A stretch of DNA of 64,000 nt from NCBI GenBank assembly GCA_965277805.1, contig OZ255842.1:1504001-1568000 (forward strand). The letters run 5' to 3'. The position numbers and the translations under genes were made by a program. The notes under the pieces are model-generated. The model worked only from the letters and a program-made list of their open reading frames with translations, was not told where the DNA came from and did no database searches. This document shows positions 20,479-29,821 of the stretch, in pieces. Position 1 is the first letter of the stretch. Every line of letters starts with the position of its first letter. This DNA is from Candidatus Lustribacter sp. (GTDB lineage: Bacteria; Vulcanimicrobiota; Vulcanimicrobiia; Vulcanimicrobiales; Vulcanimicrobiaceae).

Positions 20479-21426
20479 CTACCAGTAGGGTTTCGATTCG
20501 GCGACGAGCGTTCGCATGTCGGTCGATTGTTTGAGTATGCCGAATTTGAACGCCGCGTCGATGGCCGGCTGAAGAAGAGCCGGATCGAGCGCATCGGCAT
20601 ACGTGTTTCGCGTTACCGAATTGAACGTCGCGGCGTCGACGTTGGCGAGCGGCGCGAGTATCGCCGCCGTCTCGGCGTGGTGCGCGTTCGCCCAGCGCGC
20701 GGTCTGCATCATGATGCGAACGAAACGTTTGGCTGCCTCGGGATGGCTTGCGACCCACGGTTTCGACGCAACGAAGACGCTGTTGATGAACAGCGGAGAG
20801 ATGGCACCGAGCGCGTCACCGAGTTCTTCGACGTCGGAGCGTGCTTCGGCGAGATACGGTTCGGCCATCATCGCCGCATCGATGCGGCCCGTTTTGAGAA
20901 CGGCACCCATCGAGGAGGACGGAACTTCGACGAAATGAACCGTTTTCGGATCGCCGCCCGACTTCGCGATCCATAACGCTGCGCCAAGTTGCAGTTCGCC
21001 GTCCAGCGTGGGAACGCCGACGATCTTGCCGGCGAGATCGCCTCCGCTTTTCAACGGCGAGCCTTTGGCCTTGACGAGTAGAATGTCGGGCGCCTTGCTC
21101 GTAAATAGGACGGCCGGCGTGAGGATCATGACCGGAAGACCGTGTTGAATTGCGGCGACCGCTGAAACGACGTTGGAAAACGCTACTTCGGCGGAGCCGC
21201 CGGCCACGGCCGCCAGCATCGCACCGCCGCCGCCGGTGCCGGTCATCGTTACGTCGAGCCCTTCACGCTTGAACGCGCCGAGCGCGATCGCGTAGGTCGG
21301 CACCGCCGGATTGTCGCCGCCGACGCCGCCCAGCACGCGGATGGGCACGAGCGCGCGCGTCTGGGCGGCACTGCCTAAGGGCGAGAACGTCAGAACGAGC
21401 GCGATAATGCTTGCGAAGGCCCGCAT
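20479..21426 (-). CDS. SsuA/NMT1-like ABC substrate-binding protein (#1)
   Basis: Signal peptide MRAFASIIALVL; FKREGLDV, GGDPKTVHFVE and LDPALLQPAID motifs shared with paralogs. Confidence 0.87.
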   Translation of the reverse strand: MRAFASIIALVLTFSPLGSAAQTRALVPIRVLGGVGGDNPAVPTYAIALGAFKREGLDVTMTGTGGGGAMLAAVAGGSAEVAFSNVVSAVAAIQHGLPVMILTPAVLFTSKAPDILLVKAKGSPLKSGGDLAGKIVGVPTLDGELQLGAALWIAKSGGDPKTVHFVEVPSSSMGAVLKTGRIDAAMMAEPYLAEARSDVEELGDALGAISPLFINSVFVASKPWVASHPEAAKRFVRIMMQTARWANAHHAETAAILAPLANVDAATFNSVTRNTYADALDPALLQPAIDAAFKFGILKQSTDMRTLVAESKPYW

Positions 21427-21439
21427 TAGCGCGACCCGG

Positions 21440-22381
21440 TCAAACGAGCTGCGCCTCACGGGGCTTGGTATCGGGGATCGTGTACCCGTGCGCCTGTTCG
21501 TTCGCGATGTCGGCGAGCATCGGGAGCTCGATGATGAAGAAGGTGCCGCCCGTTGCTGAACCGATTTCTCCGACCTCGGCGCCGGCTTGAATCCACATGT
21601 ACGTGCCGACGTCTTCGGTCTCGCCACCCTGCCACGTCTTGCCGTCGTAGGTGATCGAGCCGTCGATGAGATAGCGAATCTCCGCATCCTCCTCGATGCG
21701 CGCGGGAATCTTGGCGCCCGCATTGATGCGCATGTACCGTGCACCCGAGCGGCGCGCGCCGAACTGCCCGAGGTACTTGTGTTCGACGCCCGGCAGCTTG
21801 CGATCGAGACTCCACTTGGCGGCGGCGGCCTTCATCACGATCGGCGTTGCAAATGCCGCCTTCGGAAACGCAATCTTCTCGCCGGTGAGATACTCGAAGC
21901 AGGCGGCGTGCCCGTCTTTCGTGATCTTGCGGCCGTCGGGCATCTCGCGCGTGTAGATGCCTTTTTCGAACCGCCCGCCTTCGGCTTCCAGCGCTTTCTG
22001 CGCCCGCATCAAATCATCGTGACGAAGGTATGGAATGCCCGCCGCACCCTGAAACTGCAGGCCGAGTCCGGTGCTGGCTTCGGTTTGCATCTGAGGTCCG
22101 TACGGAACGCCTTCCGGATAGAATCCGCAATCGCCGGGCCGCAGATAGCCGTCTTTGATTTCGCGGTCGCCTTGCAGCGCAAAACGAAACTGATCGAAGG
22201 TGTGCTTGTGGCGCGGCGTGCCGTAGCCTTTGGAGTAGGCGTTCCACGAAAACTCCATATCGACACCGGGCACGCCCGTTTCGAGCGGGAACTGTTTGAC
22301 CGCCATGCTGCCTTCGCGGCCGATTCCGGCCCCCATGAGCTTGACGTCGGCGATCGACATGATGGTGACGGAAGGTTTCAC
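21440..22381 (-). CDS. Hypothetical protein, probable tandem cupin-like fold
   Basis: PRHKHTFDQFRF and YPEGVPYGPQ resemble cupin motifs 1 and 2; a second degenerate cupin-like half follows. Confidence 0.65.
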   Translation of the reverse strand: MKPSVTIMSIADVKLMGAGIGREGSMAVKQFPLETGVPGVDMEFSWNAYSKGYGTPRHKHTFDQFRFALQGDREIKDGYLRPGDCGFYPEGVPYGPQMQTEASTGLGLQFQGAAGIPYLRHDDLMRAQKALEAEGGRFEKGIYTREMPDGRKITKDGHAACFEYLTGEKIAFPKAAFATPIVMKAAAAKWSLDRKLPGVEHKYLGQFGARRSGARYMRINAGAKIPARIEEDAEIRYLIDGSITYDGKTWQGGETEDVGTYMWIQAGAEVGEIGSATGGTFFIIELPMLADIANEQAHGYTIPDTKPREAQLV

Positions 22382-22393
22382 TGCAACACTCGC

Positions 22394-23338
22394 TTACGGA
22401 TGGGCGATCAGATCGCTTGCGACGATCGGACCAGGGATGAGGTGGTACTGGGCTGCGCTGTCGAGAACCGGCTGGACGAGCGCCGGATCGAGCGTGAGCG
22501 CATACGGATTGATCTTGTCGGGATCGATCGGAACGCTGAAGTACTTCGCCAAAATCGCGGCATACTGGACTTTGTTTTTCGGATCGTTGCTCCACACCGC
22601 GGCATCGTGAATCACGCGGGCAAACGTTTTGAGCGTCTGCGGGTTCTGCGCGATCCAATCGTTGCCGGCAAACCAGCCCGTGACGATCAGCCGGCGCCCG
22701 ATCGCGTCAAACGGGTTGCCGATGACGCGAATTTGCGAACGCACGCTTGAGAGCCCGGGATCGATCATCGCCGCGGCGGCGATCGTCCCGCGCTGCAACG
22801 CAGCGAATTGTTCCGCGGGCGGCACTTCGATAACCTTGACTTGGCTCGAGTCGCCGCCGTTCTTATCGATCCAGGAATCCATCGCTAGCCGGAAGATGCC
22901 GGCGACGGAGACGCCGGCCACCGTTTGACCGTTGAGATCCTTGGCCGTATGAACGCTGCTCTGCGGCATGACGACGAACTGCGCGTTCGGGGCCGAGCTC
23001 AAATACATCGAGCCCGGAGCGACGAAGGTGAACGGCAGATTTTTCGCGTGCGCCTGCGCGATCGTCACGACGTTGCTCGTTCCCACGTCGACCGTATGTC
23101 CGGCGACGGCCGCGGCGATCGCCGCTCCGGTGCCGATGATTTGGATCGATGCGTCGAGGCCCGCACGTTTGAACATGCCGAGATCCTGCGCGATGTAGGC
23201 CGTATAGCCGTCGGTGCTCGTGACGGCGATCCGCACTTGCGGCGTCTCTGCGGGAATCGCTGCGGCGGAAACAAGAGCGAACAAAACGACGGCTGCGAGA
23301 CCGCCGGCAAACGATCGGGACGTAAGGCGTGACCGCAT
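22394..23338 (-). CDS. SsuA/NMT1-like ABC substrate-binding protein (#2)
   Basis: Signal peptide; AQDLGMFKRAGLD, WIDKNGGD and LDPALVQPVLD; GGAGG SD. Confidence 0.88.
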   Translation of the reverse strand: MRSRLTSRSFAGGLAAVVLFALVSAAAIPAETPQVRIAVTSTDGYTAYIAQDLGMFKRAGLDASIQIIGTGAAIAAAVAGHTVDVGTSNVVTIAQAHAKNLPFTFVAPGSMYLSSAPNAQFVVMPQSSVHTAKDLNGQTVAGVSVAGIFRLAMDSWIDKNGGDSSQVKVIEVPPAEQFAALQRGTIAAAAMIDPGLSSVRSQIRVIGNPFDAIGRRLIVTGWFAGNDWIAQNPQTLKTFARVIHDAAVWSNDPKNKVQYAAILAKYFSVPIDPDKINPYALTLDPALVQPVLDSAAQYHLIPGPIVASDLIAHP

Positions 23339-23451
23339 CGTATGCCTCCCGATGAAGGAGTTGCCGGAGTTTTGATAATCGTTACGCCGTATAGAAAGCT
23401 ACACCTCCGGAAAGGGCCTCGCAATGCAGGTCTCGGGTCCAAACGTAACGA

Positions 23452-23470
23452 GCCCTCGCTTCGAGAGGGC
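23452..23470 (-). terminator. Possible intrinsic terminator hairpin downstream of the recombinase
   Basis: GCCCTC-N7-GAGGGC stem about 40 nt past the xer stop; weak T-tract (TCGTTACGTTT) on the minus strand. Confidence 0.35.
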
Positions 23471-23510
23471 CACGACGCCCATCACCGATCCCGGCATCAC
23501 CAGGCAGTGC

Positions 23511-24518
23511 TCACGAGTCCTTGGCCGCATCGATCGCGTCTTCGAATTCGTCTTTGTCGCGCGGGTGGGCGGCGTCGAACGCTTTCTTGAGATGCGCGAT
23601 CGACTGGTCGATGTAGATCTGCGTCGTTGCGATGTTCGCGTGGCCAAGTAGTCGCTGTAACGACGACACGTCGCCGCCGCCGTCGATGAAGTGGGTGGCG
23701 AACGAATGGCGCATCGCGTGGGTCGTTGCGCGATCGACGCCGCTCTTGGCCGCATAATCCTTGACGATCTTCCAGACCTGGCGCAGTCCGAGCCGCGCGT
23801 TGCGATTGCTCAGGAAGAAGGCCCGGTCGGTCGATGCCGGACGCTCGTGCAGGTACGACTGCATTGCGAACACCGACGCTTCGGTGAGCGGCACCATGCG
23901 GCGTTTGTTGCCCTTACCCGTGACCTGCGCGACGCGCTGACCGAAATCGACGTCATCGAGGTTCAAGTCGGCGAGTTCCGCGCGGCGGATCCCGCTGCCG
24001 TAGAGCAGTTCAATGATCGCGCGGTCGCGCGCGGCGAGACTCTTGCCGCCCGGCCGGTCGACGCGCGTCTTGATCATCGAGGCGACCTCGGGCATCCGCA
24101 AGACCTTCGGCTTGCGCTGTTCGGCCTTGGGCAGCTCGACGTCGAGCGCCGGCTGATCCGTGCGCAGCCCCTCGCGGCGCAAGTAGGTGTAAAACGTCCG
24201 CAGCGCGCTGAGATTGCGGCGCACCGCGACAACCTTGTAGCGCCGTTCCATCATCAAGAAGAGCACGTACTTGCGGATATCGCTGGCGGAGGCATCCCGC
24301 AGCTTCGGATAGATGCGCGGGGGGCGGCCGGGGCCGTCCTCAACGCGCGGCTTCTTGTCGCCCGCGAGAAAACGGCCGAAGTGTTCGAGGTCGCGCGTGT
24401 ACGCTTCCATCGTCCGGGCCGAGCGGTTCTTGCGGAGCAGATCCGATACGAAATCCGAGATGAGGGGGTCTTCGGGCAAGAAGAAGCGCTCGCCGGATGT
24501 CGCCCGCGGCGTACTCAT
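23511..24518 (-). CDS. XerC/XerD-family tyrosine recombinase
   Basis: SARTMEAYTRDL; catalytic residues in LYGSGIRRAE, GKGNKRR, HAMRHSFATH and LLGHANIATTQIY; C-terminal HPR motif typical of XerC/D. Confidence 0.93.
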   Translation of the reverse strand: MSTPRATSGERFFLPEDPLISDFVSDLLRKNRSARTMEAYTRDLEHFGRFLAGDKKPRVEDGPGRPPRIYPKLRDASASDIRKYVLFLMMERRYKVVAVRRNLSALRTFYTYLRREGLRTDQPALDVELPKAEQRKPKVLRMPEVASMIKTRVDRPGGKSLAARDRAIIELLYGSGIRRAELADLNLDDVDFGQRVAQVTGKGNKRRMVPLTEASVFAMQSYLHERPASTDRAFFLSNRNARLGLRQVWKIVKDYAAKSGVDRATTHAMRHSFATHFIDGGGDVSSLQRLLGHANIATTQIYIDQSIAHLKKAFDAAHPRDKDEFEDAIDAAKDS

Positions 24519-24525
24519 TGCCCCG

Positions 24526-24548
24526 AGTATACCACTATTTCATGATTA
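24526..24548 (-). promoter_or_regulatory. Putative extended -10 promoter of xer (TGgTATACT, 7 nt before ATG) with adjacent dif-arm-like sequence TAATCATGAAA
   Basis: Minus strand reads AATAATCATGAAATAGTGGTATACTCGGGGCA-ATG; no SD. Confidence 0.55.
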
Positions 24549-25478
24549 TTTGGTCCAGGTGAGTTCGGCCGCCGTCACCGGGCGCGGGAAGCTGCCGTAT
24601 TTTGCGGCGTTGTCGATGACCGGCTGCAGTAAGGCCGGGTCGAGCGCGGTGCCGTAGGTTGCGCGCTGCATGCGGGCCACGACGTCGGCCGTCATCTTCG
24701 TGTATTTGAGCAGAATGGCGGCCGATTCGGCGTGGTGTCCGTTGGCCCAGTCCGCGGTTTGCTTCATCACCGCGGCGAACTTCTGCGCGACATCGGCGTG
24801 GGCGGCAAGCCACGAGTCGCTCGCGATCCAACCGGTGGCAAGGAAACGCTTCGCGACGTAATCGTCGATCGGGGCGATCGAGACCGTGTCGTCGAGTGCG
24901 CTCGAGATGAACGGTTCGATTAAGATGCCCGCATCGATACGATGCTCTTTGAGTGCCGGCAGCATCTCAGGCTCCGGCAGCTCGATGAACTTCATGTTGC
25001 TGGGATTGCCGCCGGTCGCCTCGACCCACTGCTTGGTCGCGTAGAACGTGAGATCGGCGAGGCCCGTTACCGCGATCGTCTTGCCGGCCAGATCGGGTCC
25101 GGTATGATACGCCGTGCCTTTGAGCCCGACGAGCCGCGCTGTCGGCGCCGTTGACGAATAAAGTCCGGCCGCCGCGAAGAACTTCACCGGAATGCCGCGC
25201 GAGCGCGCCGCGACGACCGATCCCACGACCGAATTCCCGACGTCGACGGCGCCGGATGCGACCGCCGAGATGATCGGCGGGCTCGCCGCCATCGGCGTGA
25301 GCGTTACGTTGAGACCGGCGGCTTTGAAGTAGCCGAGATCCTGGGCGTAATAGGCTTGCGCCGCCGACTCCGAGGGGATCAATGCGATCGAGACGTTGAT
25401 GGGATCGGCCGCGCTCGCGGGCGGGGCGCACACGGCGGCAACGGCAACGATAGCAAGCGCACGAATCATAACGTTCAT
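24546..25478 (-). CDS. SsuA/NMT1-like ABC substrate-binding protein (#3)
   Basis: Signal MNVMIRALAIVAVAA; AQDLGYFKAAGLNV and LDPALLQPVID. Start set at ATG 25478. Confidence 0.88.
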   Translation of the reverse strand: MNVMIRALAIVAVAAVCAPPASAADPINVSIALIPSESAAQAYYAQDLGYFKAAGLNVTLTPMAASPPIISAVASGAVDVGNSVVGSVVAARSRGIPVKFFAAAGLYSSTAPTARLVGLKGTAYHTGPDLAGKTIAVTGLADLTFYATKQWVEATGGNPSNMKFIELPEPEMLPALKEHRIDAGILIEPFISSALDDTVSIAPIDDYVAKRFLATGWIASDSWLAAHADVAQKFAAVMKQTADWANGHHAESAAILLKYTKMTADVVARMQRATYGTALDPALLQPVIDNAAKYGSFPRPVTAAELTWTK

Positions 25479-25549
25479 ACGACTTTGTTGGCAGCGGCGT
25501 CCCGCTGTTCCCGCAGTTTCGTACAACGCGACTGTCGAAGGGATACCGG

Positions 25550-27241
25550 ATGGAACCAGATACCCGCACGCTCGACGGATTCGCAGCGCTTGGTCTCGAT
25601 GAGCGCTTGATCGCCGCGCTGACATCGCTCGGATACGAAGAACCGACCGCGATCCAACGCGAAGCGATTCCGCCGTTGCTCGCCGGTAAGGACGTCTTGG
25701 GACAGGCCGCAACCGGCACCGGTAAAACGGCCGCATTTGCGCTCCCGCTCTTGCAGCGGCTGGGTGAGCCGACGGACACCGCGCGCGCGGTGCGCGGCCT
25801 CATTCTCGTGCCGACGCGTGAGCTCGCGATGCAGGTTGCCGAAGCCGTGCACAAATACAGCCGCGGCTCCGCCGTGCGCGTCGTGCCGATTTACGGCGGT
25901 CAATCGATCGTGCAGCAACTGCGCGCGCTGGAACGCGGCGTCGACGTCGTCGTCGCAACGCCGGGCCGCGCGCTCGATCATCTGCGCCGCGGTTCGCTGC
26001 GCTTGGATGCGGTGCAGACGCTAATTCTCGATGAAGCCGACGAGATGCTCGACATGGGCTTCGCCGAGGAACTCGAGGCGATTCTCGAGCACACGCCGGC
26101 CGAACGCCAAACCGCGCTGTTCTCGGCGACGGTACCCAAGCGCATCCTGGAAATTGCCAAGCGGCATTTGCGTGCGCCGGTACAAGTGAAGATCCAGCCC
26201 GAGAAACTCGCTGCCGGCGAGCGGGCGCGCGTGCGCGAGATCGCCTACATCGTGCAGCGCCGCAACAAACCGGCGGCGCTCGCCCGCGTGCTCGACATGG
26301 AAGGCCCAACGTCGACGATCGTGTTCTGCCGCACGCGCATCGAAGTCGACGAGCTTACCGAAACGCTCGGCAGCCGCGGGTATTCGGCGGAAGCGCTGCA
26401 CGGCGGTCTCTCGCAAGAACAGCGCGATCGCGTATTGCGCCGCTTCCGCGACGGCGCGAGCGAGATTCTCGTCGCGACCGACGTCGCCGCTCGCGGGCTC
26501 GACATCGACCACGTCTCGCACGTCGTAAACTTCGATGTGCCCTCGTCGCCGGATGCCTACCTGCACCGCATCGGCCGTACCGGACGCGCCGGACGTGACG
26601 GCGTTGCGGTCACCCTCGCGGAAGCGCGCGAAAGCCGGCTGCTGCGCAACATCGAGCAGTTCACAAAGCACAAGATCACGATCGAGTCGGTCCCGACCGC
26701 GCACGATCTGCGCGCGCGGCGGCTCGAGTTGATGCACACCGCGCTGGAAGAAACACTCGCGAGCGGCAACCTCGATGCGTACCGGCGCGTGATCGAATCG
26801 CTGGCCGTCGAACACGACGTACTCGACATCGCCGCCGCTGCCGCGAAGCTCGCCGACGAAGCGCGCGACGGCAGCGCCGACGACGAGGCGGATATCCCGA
26901 AGGACGTGGCGTTCGTTCAGCCGTTCGCCGAGCGGCCACGCTTCACGAAAGCCCATCCCGATGCGGCGAAGCGCATGGCGTCGGCCGACATGACGCGCAT
27001 CTACATCGATCTCGGGCGCAGCGCCGGGATCCGGCCGGCCGACCTCGTCGGCGCGATCACGAACGAAGCGAAGGTCGACGCGCGTCAGATCGGCGCGATC
27101 GATATCGCCGACGGCTTTTCGCTCGTCGAAGTGTCGAACGCGTCGGTCGACAGCATCATTGCCGCGTTGCGCGGCACGAAGCTGCGCGGCAAGCCGGTAA
27201 CGGCCCGCCGCGATCGCAAGGTCAAGGGCGTCCGGCCGTAA
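25550..27241 (+). CDS. deaD: DEAD-box RNA helicase (DeaD/CsdA type) with C-terminal DbpA-like RNA-binding domain
   Basis: Q motif, ATGTGKT, PTRELA, DEAD, SAT, ARGLD and HRIGRTGR; C-terminal RPADLVGAITNE. Confidence 0.92.
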   Translation: MEPDTRTLDGFAALGLDERLIAALTSLGYEEPTAIQREAIPPLLAGKDVLGQAATGTGKTAAFALPLLQRLGEPTDTARAVRGLILVPTRELAMQVAEAVHKYSRGSAVRVVPIYGGQSIVQQLRALERGVDVVVATPGRALDHLRRGSLRLDAVQTLILDEADEMLDMGFAEELEAILEHTPAERQTALFSATVPKRILEIAKRHLRAPVQVKIQPEKLAAGERARVREIAYIVQRRNKPAALARVLDMEGPTSTIVFCRTRIEVDELTETLGSRGYSAEALHGGLSQEQRDRVLRRFRDGASEILVATDVAARGLDIDHVSHVVNFDVPSSPDAYLHRIGRTGRAGRDGVAVTLAEARESRLLRNIEQFTKHKITIESVPTAHDLRARRLELMHTALEETLASGNLDAYRRVIESLAVEHDVLDIAAAAAKLADEARDGSADDEADIPKDVAFVQPFAERPRFTKAHPDAAKRMASADMTRIYIDLGRSAGIRPADLVGAITNEAKVDARQIGAIDIADGFSLVEVSNASVDSIIAALRGTKLRGKPVTARRDRKVKGVRP

Positions 27242-27288
27242 ACAGGATCAACAGCTGCGTTGTGACGTTCGTAAAGGGGTAGCTTGTC

Positions 27289-28167
27289 GTGCCTTATAGC
27301 TTCGCTCGCTTTCTCGCTGAAACGGGACGATCGATACCGATGCCTGAGTTCGATCCGCCCTCACTTGTGCCGTTGCGCAAGCCGGTGGCGGAATCAACGG
27401 TCGGGATGTTCGTGAGTTGTGGCGTCCAGCTTCCCGAAGATCCGCCACTCCTAGAGACGGAAGACATCACGTTTCGGCTGCTACCGCGCGATGTTCCGAC
27501 CGATCGGCTCGTCGTTTCGCACCAAACGCTCGTGCGTAAGTGGGCCTTGGAAGACCTGAACGTGGCCTACCCGATCGACCGTATGAAAGAGCTGGAACGC
27601 GAGGGGACGTTCAAGCGGCTCGCCCACACGAACGTCTCCATGGTCGGCTCCATCGAGCGCTACACCGAATTGATGGAACAGACGGTGCCGCGGATAAAGG
27701 CGGTCTTCGATGCGCAGGGTGTCGACCTTGTGTTGTTGCTCCCATTCTGCCCCGCATGTCATCGGGCGACCGGCCTCATCGCTCGTGCTTTGGAGGCTCG
27801 CGGGTTGCCGACGATCAGCACGAGCGTGCTATGGGAAATGAGCGCTGCCGTAAAGCCTCCGCGCACCTGCTTCTTGGATTTTCCATTGGGTTGTCCGGCC
27901 GGCAAACCGCACGAAGCGGCACAGCAGCGCGACATTCTGCGTCGAACGCTCCAGCTCGCGCCGGAGTTCGATCCCCAAGAATGGTCGATGAAGTCGCTCC
28001 CGTTTCAATGGGACGCCGACGGAAATCGCGACTGGGAAACCGTCACGGAAGAACTCTACCGGAGCGGTGGCATCAAGATCACTGACCGGCATATGGCGGC
28101 GCACGCGAGCGTCGGCGAGTCGTTGCTCGGCAACGAGCGCGCATTCGCCGTCAAATGTAACTGCTAG
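27289..28167 (+). CDS. Glycine/sarcosine/betaine/D-proline reductase selenoprotein-B-like protein (PrdB/GrdB-like), Cys variant
   Basis: DLNVAYPIDRMKELEREG, GVDLVLLLPFCPACHRATGLIARALEARGLPT and VKPPR...FPLG match PrdB/GrdB-type architecture; CxxC at the UxxC position. Confidence 0.75.
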   Translation: MPYSFARFLAETGRSIPMPEFDPPSLVPLRKPVAESTVGMFVSCGVQLPEDPPLLETEDITFRLLPRDVPTDRLVVSHQTLVRKWALEDLNVAYPIDRMKELEREGTFKRLAHTNVSMVGSIERYTELMEQTVPRIKAVFDAQGVDLVLLLPFCPACHRATGLIARALEARGLPTISTSVLWEMSAAVKPPRTCFLDFPLGCPAGKPHEAAQQRDILRRTLQLAPEFDPQEWSMKSLPFQWDADGNRDWETVTEELYRSGGIKITDRHMAAHASVGESLLGNERAFAVKCNC

Positions 28168-28170
28168 GGC

Positions 28171-29817
28171 CTAAACGGGAATCGTGGCGCCCGCCCCGAT
28201 CGCGCGCGACAAAACAGCGGCGGGGTCGCCGAAACCGTCGCCGCGCCACGCGATGTGATGATCGGGGCGGACCAGCACCACATCGGCGGCGTAGAGTTCG
28301 CGTGCGACGGGATCGTCGAAGTGCACGACCGTCAGCGGAACGCGCAAGGCCGCCGCGGCCCGTTCCCACCGTTGCGCGTCGACCGGCCCGAGCACGAGCA
28401 GCGTGAAGTCGAGGCCGAACAGATCGAGCAAGGACCCCGTGCCGGCGGGACGGTGCGGTGCGCGCGCGCCCGGATACCCCGTGGGTATGTAGCGGCCCGG
28501 TTCGTCGGGCGGCGGCGGCGTGTCTTCGGCGGCAACGATCGCGCTCGTATACCGCACGCCGAGCTGCACGCCGGGAATGTTGAATTCGCTTGCGACGTGG
28601 GCGGCGAGCGCGCGCCCGAGGCGTTCGCGGGCCGCGTCGCCTTCGCTGCCGTCTTGCTCGACGAGCGGCGTGACGGGCACACGGCCGATGCTATCGGCCA
28701 TGCTGCCGGCGAACGCGGTGTTGCGTTGCGCGATCGGATGCCGTTCGGCTTCGTAGGTGTCGAGCAGCGCTTCCGGTGCCCAGCCTTGCAGGACGGCCGC
28801 GAGTTTCCAGCCCAGATTCACGACGTCGTCGACGCTCGTGTTGTATCCCATTCCGCCGGTCGGCGTAAAGAGATGCGCGGCATCGCCCGCGATCATGAGG
28901 TTGCCTTTGCGGAACACGTCGGCCACGAGCGCAAAGCCGGCGCGCCACGGCACTTTCGCGATCATCTCGTGCGCGAAAGCGGCCCCGACCGATTGCGTGA
29001 GCACCGTCTGCGCATCGATGTCGTCGGCTGTCTGACCCTCGCGTAACTGAATCATCAGCACGAACGTATTGATGCCGTCGACCGAGCACAGCAACGCGCG
29101 CTGTTGCGGGTTCACGGCCCAGTACTGCCAGGCTTGGTCTTTGCCGAGCACGCCGTAGAGTTCGTTCGAGCGGAAGTAGAGCGAGAGCATGTCGCCGCCC
29201 ATGAAGTCGCGTTTGGCCGCACCGTTGCCGCTGTAGTGGACGCCCATCGTCTGACGCACGACGCTGCGCGGGCCGTCGCAGCCGACGGCGTAGCGAGCCT
29301 CGAGCGCGGTCTTCTCGCCGCTGCGCACGTCCACGGCTTCGACGCGCACGGAGTTGCCGAGATCGGTCACGCCGGTCACGCGTTCGCCGAACCGCATGTG
29401 CACGCTCGGATAGCGCTCACCCTGCGTCTTGAGGATCGGTTCGATGTACATCTGCTGCACGCGGTGCGGCAGTTCGGGCGTCGGCCACGCCTCTTCGCTG
29501 TAATCGCCGAATGCTTGGCGCGATGCCGCTTGGCTAGCGGACGGAATGCGGAAGCGCGTGAGTTCGTGCGCGGCAAGGCGGGTGGTGTAAACGATGTCCT
29601 GCGGATACTCCCACGGCAATCCGAGCGCCCGCACCTGATCGGCGAATCCGCGCCGCCGGTAGTGCTCCATCGTGCGCGCCGAAGTTGCGTTCGCCTTGGG
29701 CAGATGCGGCGGCGTCGTGTTCTCGTCAAACACGGTGCACTCGATGCCGCGCACCCCTAATTCGATCGCCAGCATGAGGCCTGCGGGCCCGCCGCCGACG
29801 ATCGCTACGCCGGTCAA
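28171..29817 (-). CDS. FAD-dependent monooxygenase (aromatic hydroxylase family) #1
   Basis: GGGPAG, GCDG, GDAAH...PTGGMGYN, NLGWKLA and VRPDHHIAWRG. Start TTG 29817; alternative 29847. Confidence 0.92.
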   Translation of the reverse strand: MTGVAIVGGGPAGLMLAIELGVRGIECTVFDENTTPPHLPKANATSARTMEHYRRRGFADQVRALGLPWEYPQDIVYTTRLAAHELTRFRIPSASQAASRQAFGDYSEEAWPTPELPHRVQQMYIEPILKTQGERYPSVHMRFGERVTGVTDLGNSVRVEAVDVRSGEKTALEARYAVGCDGPRSVVRQTMGVHYSGNGAAKRDFMGGDMLSLYFRSNELYGVLGKDQAWQYWAVNPQQRALLCSVDGINTFVLMIQLREGQTADDIDAQTVLTQSVGAAFAHEMIAKVPWRAGFALVADVFRKGNLMIAGDAAHLFTPTGGMGYNTSVDDVVNLGWKLAAVLQGWAPEALLDTYEAERHPIAQRNTAFAGSMADSIGRVPVTPLVEQDGSEGDAARERLGRALAAHVASEFNIPGVQLGVRYTSAIVAAEDTPPPPDEPGRYIPTGYPGARAPHRPAGTGSLLDLFGLDFTLLVLGPVDAQRWERAAAALRVPLTVVHFDDPVARELYAADVVLVRPDHHIAWRGDGFGDPAAVLSRAIGAGATIPV

Positions 29818-29821
29818 ATCG

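Noticed and set aside
23511-24518. Recombinase as the integrase of a prophage, ICE or integron
   Set aside because: No phage, conjugation or replication genes, no tRNA target, no attC-like array and no recognisable integron-integrase insertion; the HPR tail points to XerC/D.
27740-27800. Selenocysteine recoding in the PrdB/GrdB-like gene
   Set aside because: The codon at the Sec-equivalent position is TGC and there is no in-frame TGA.
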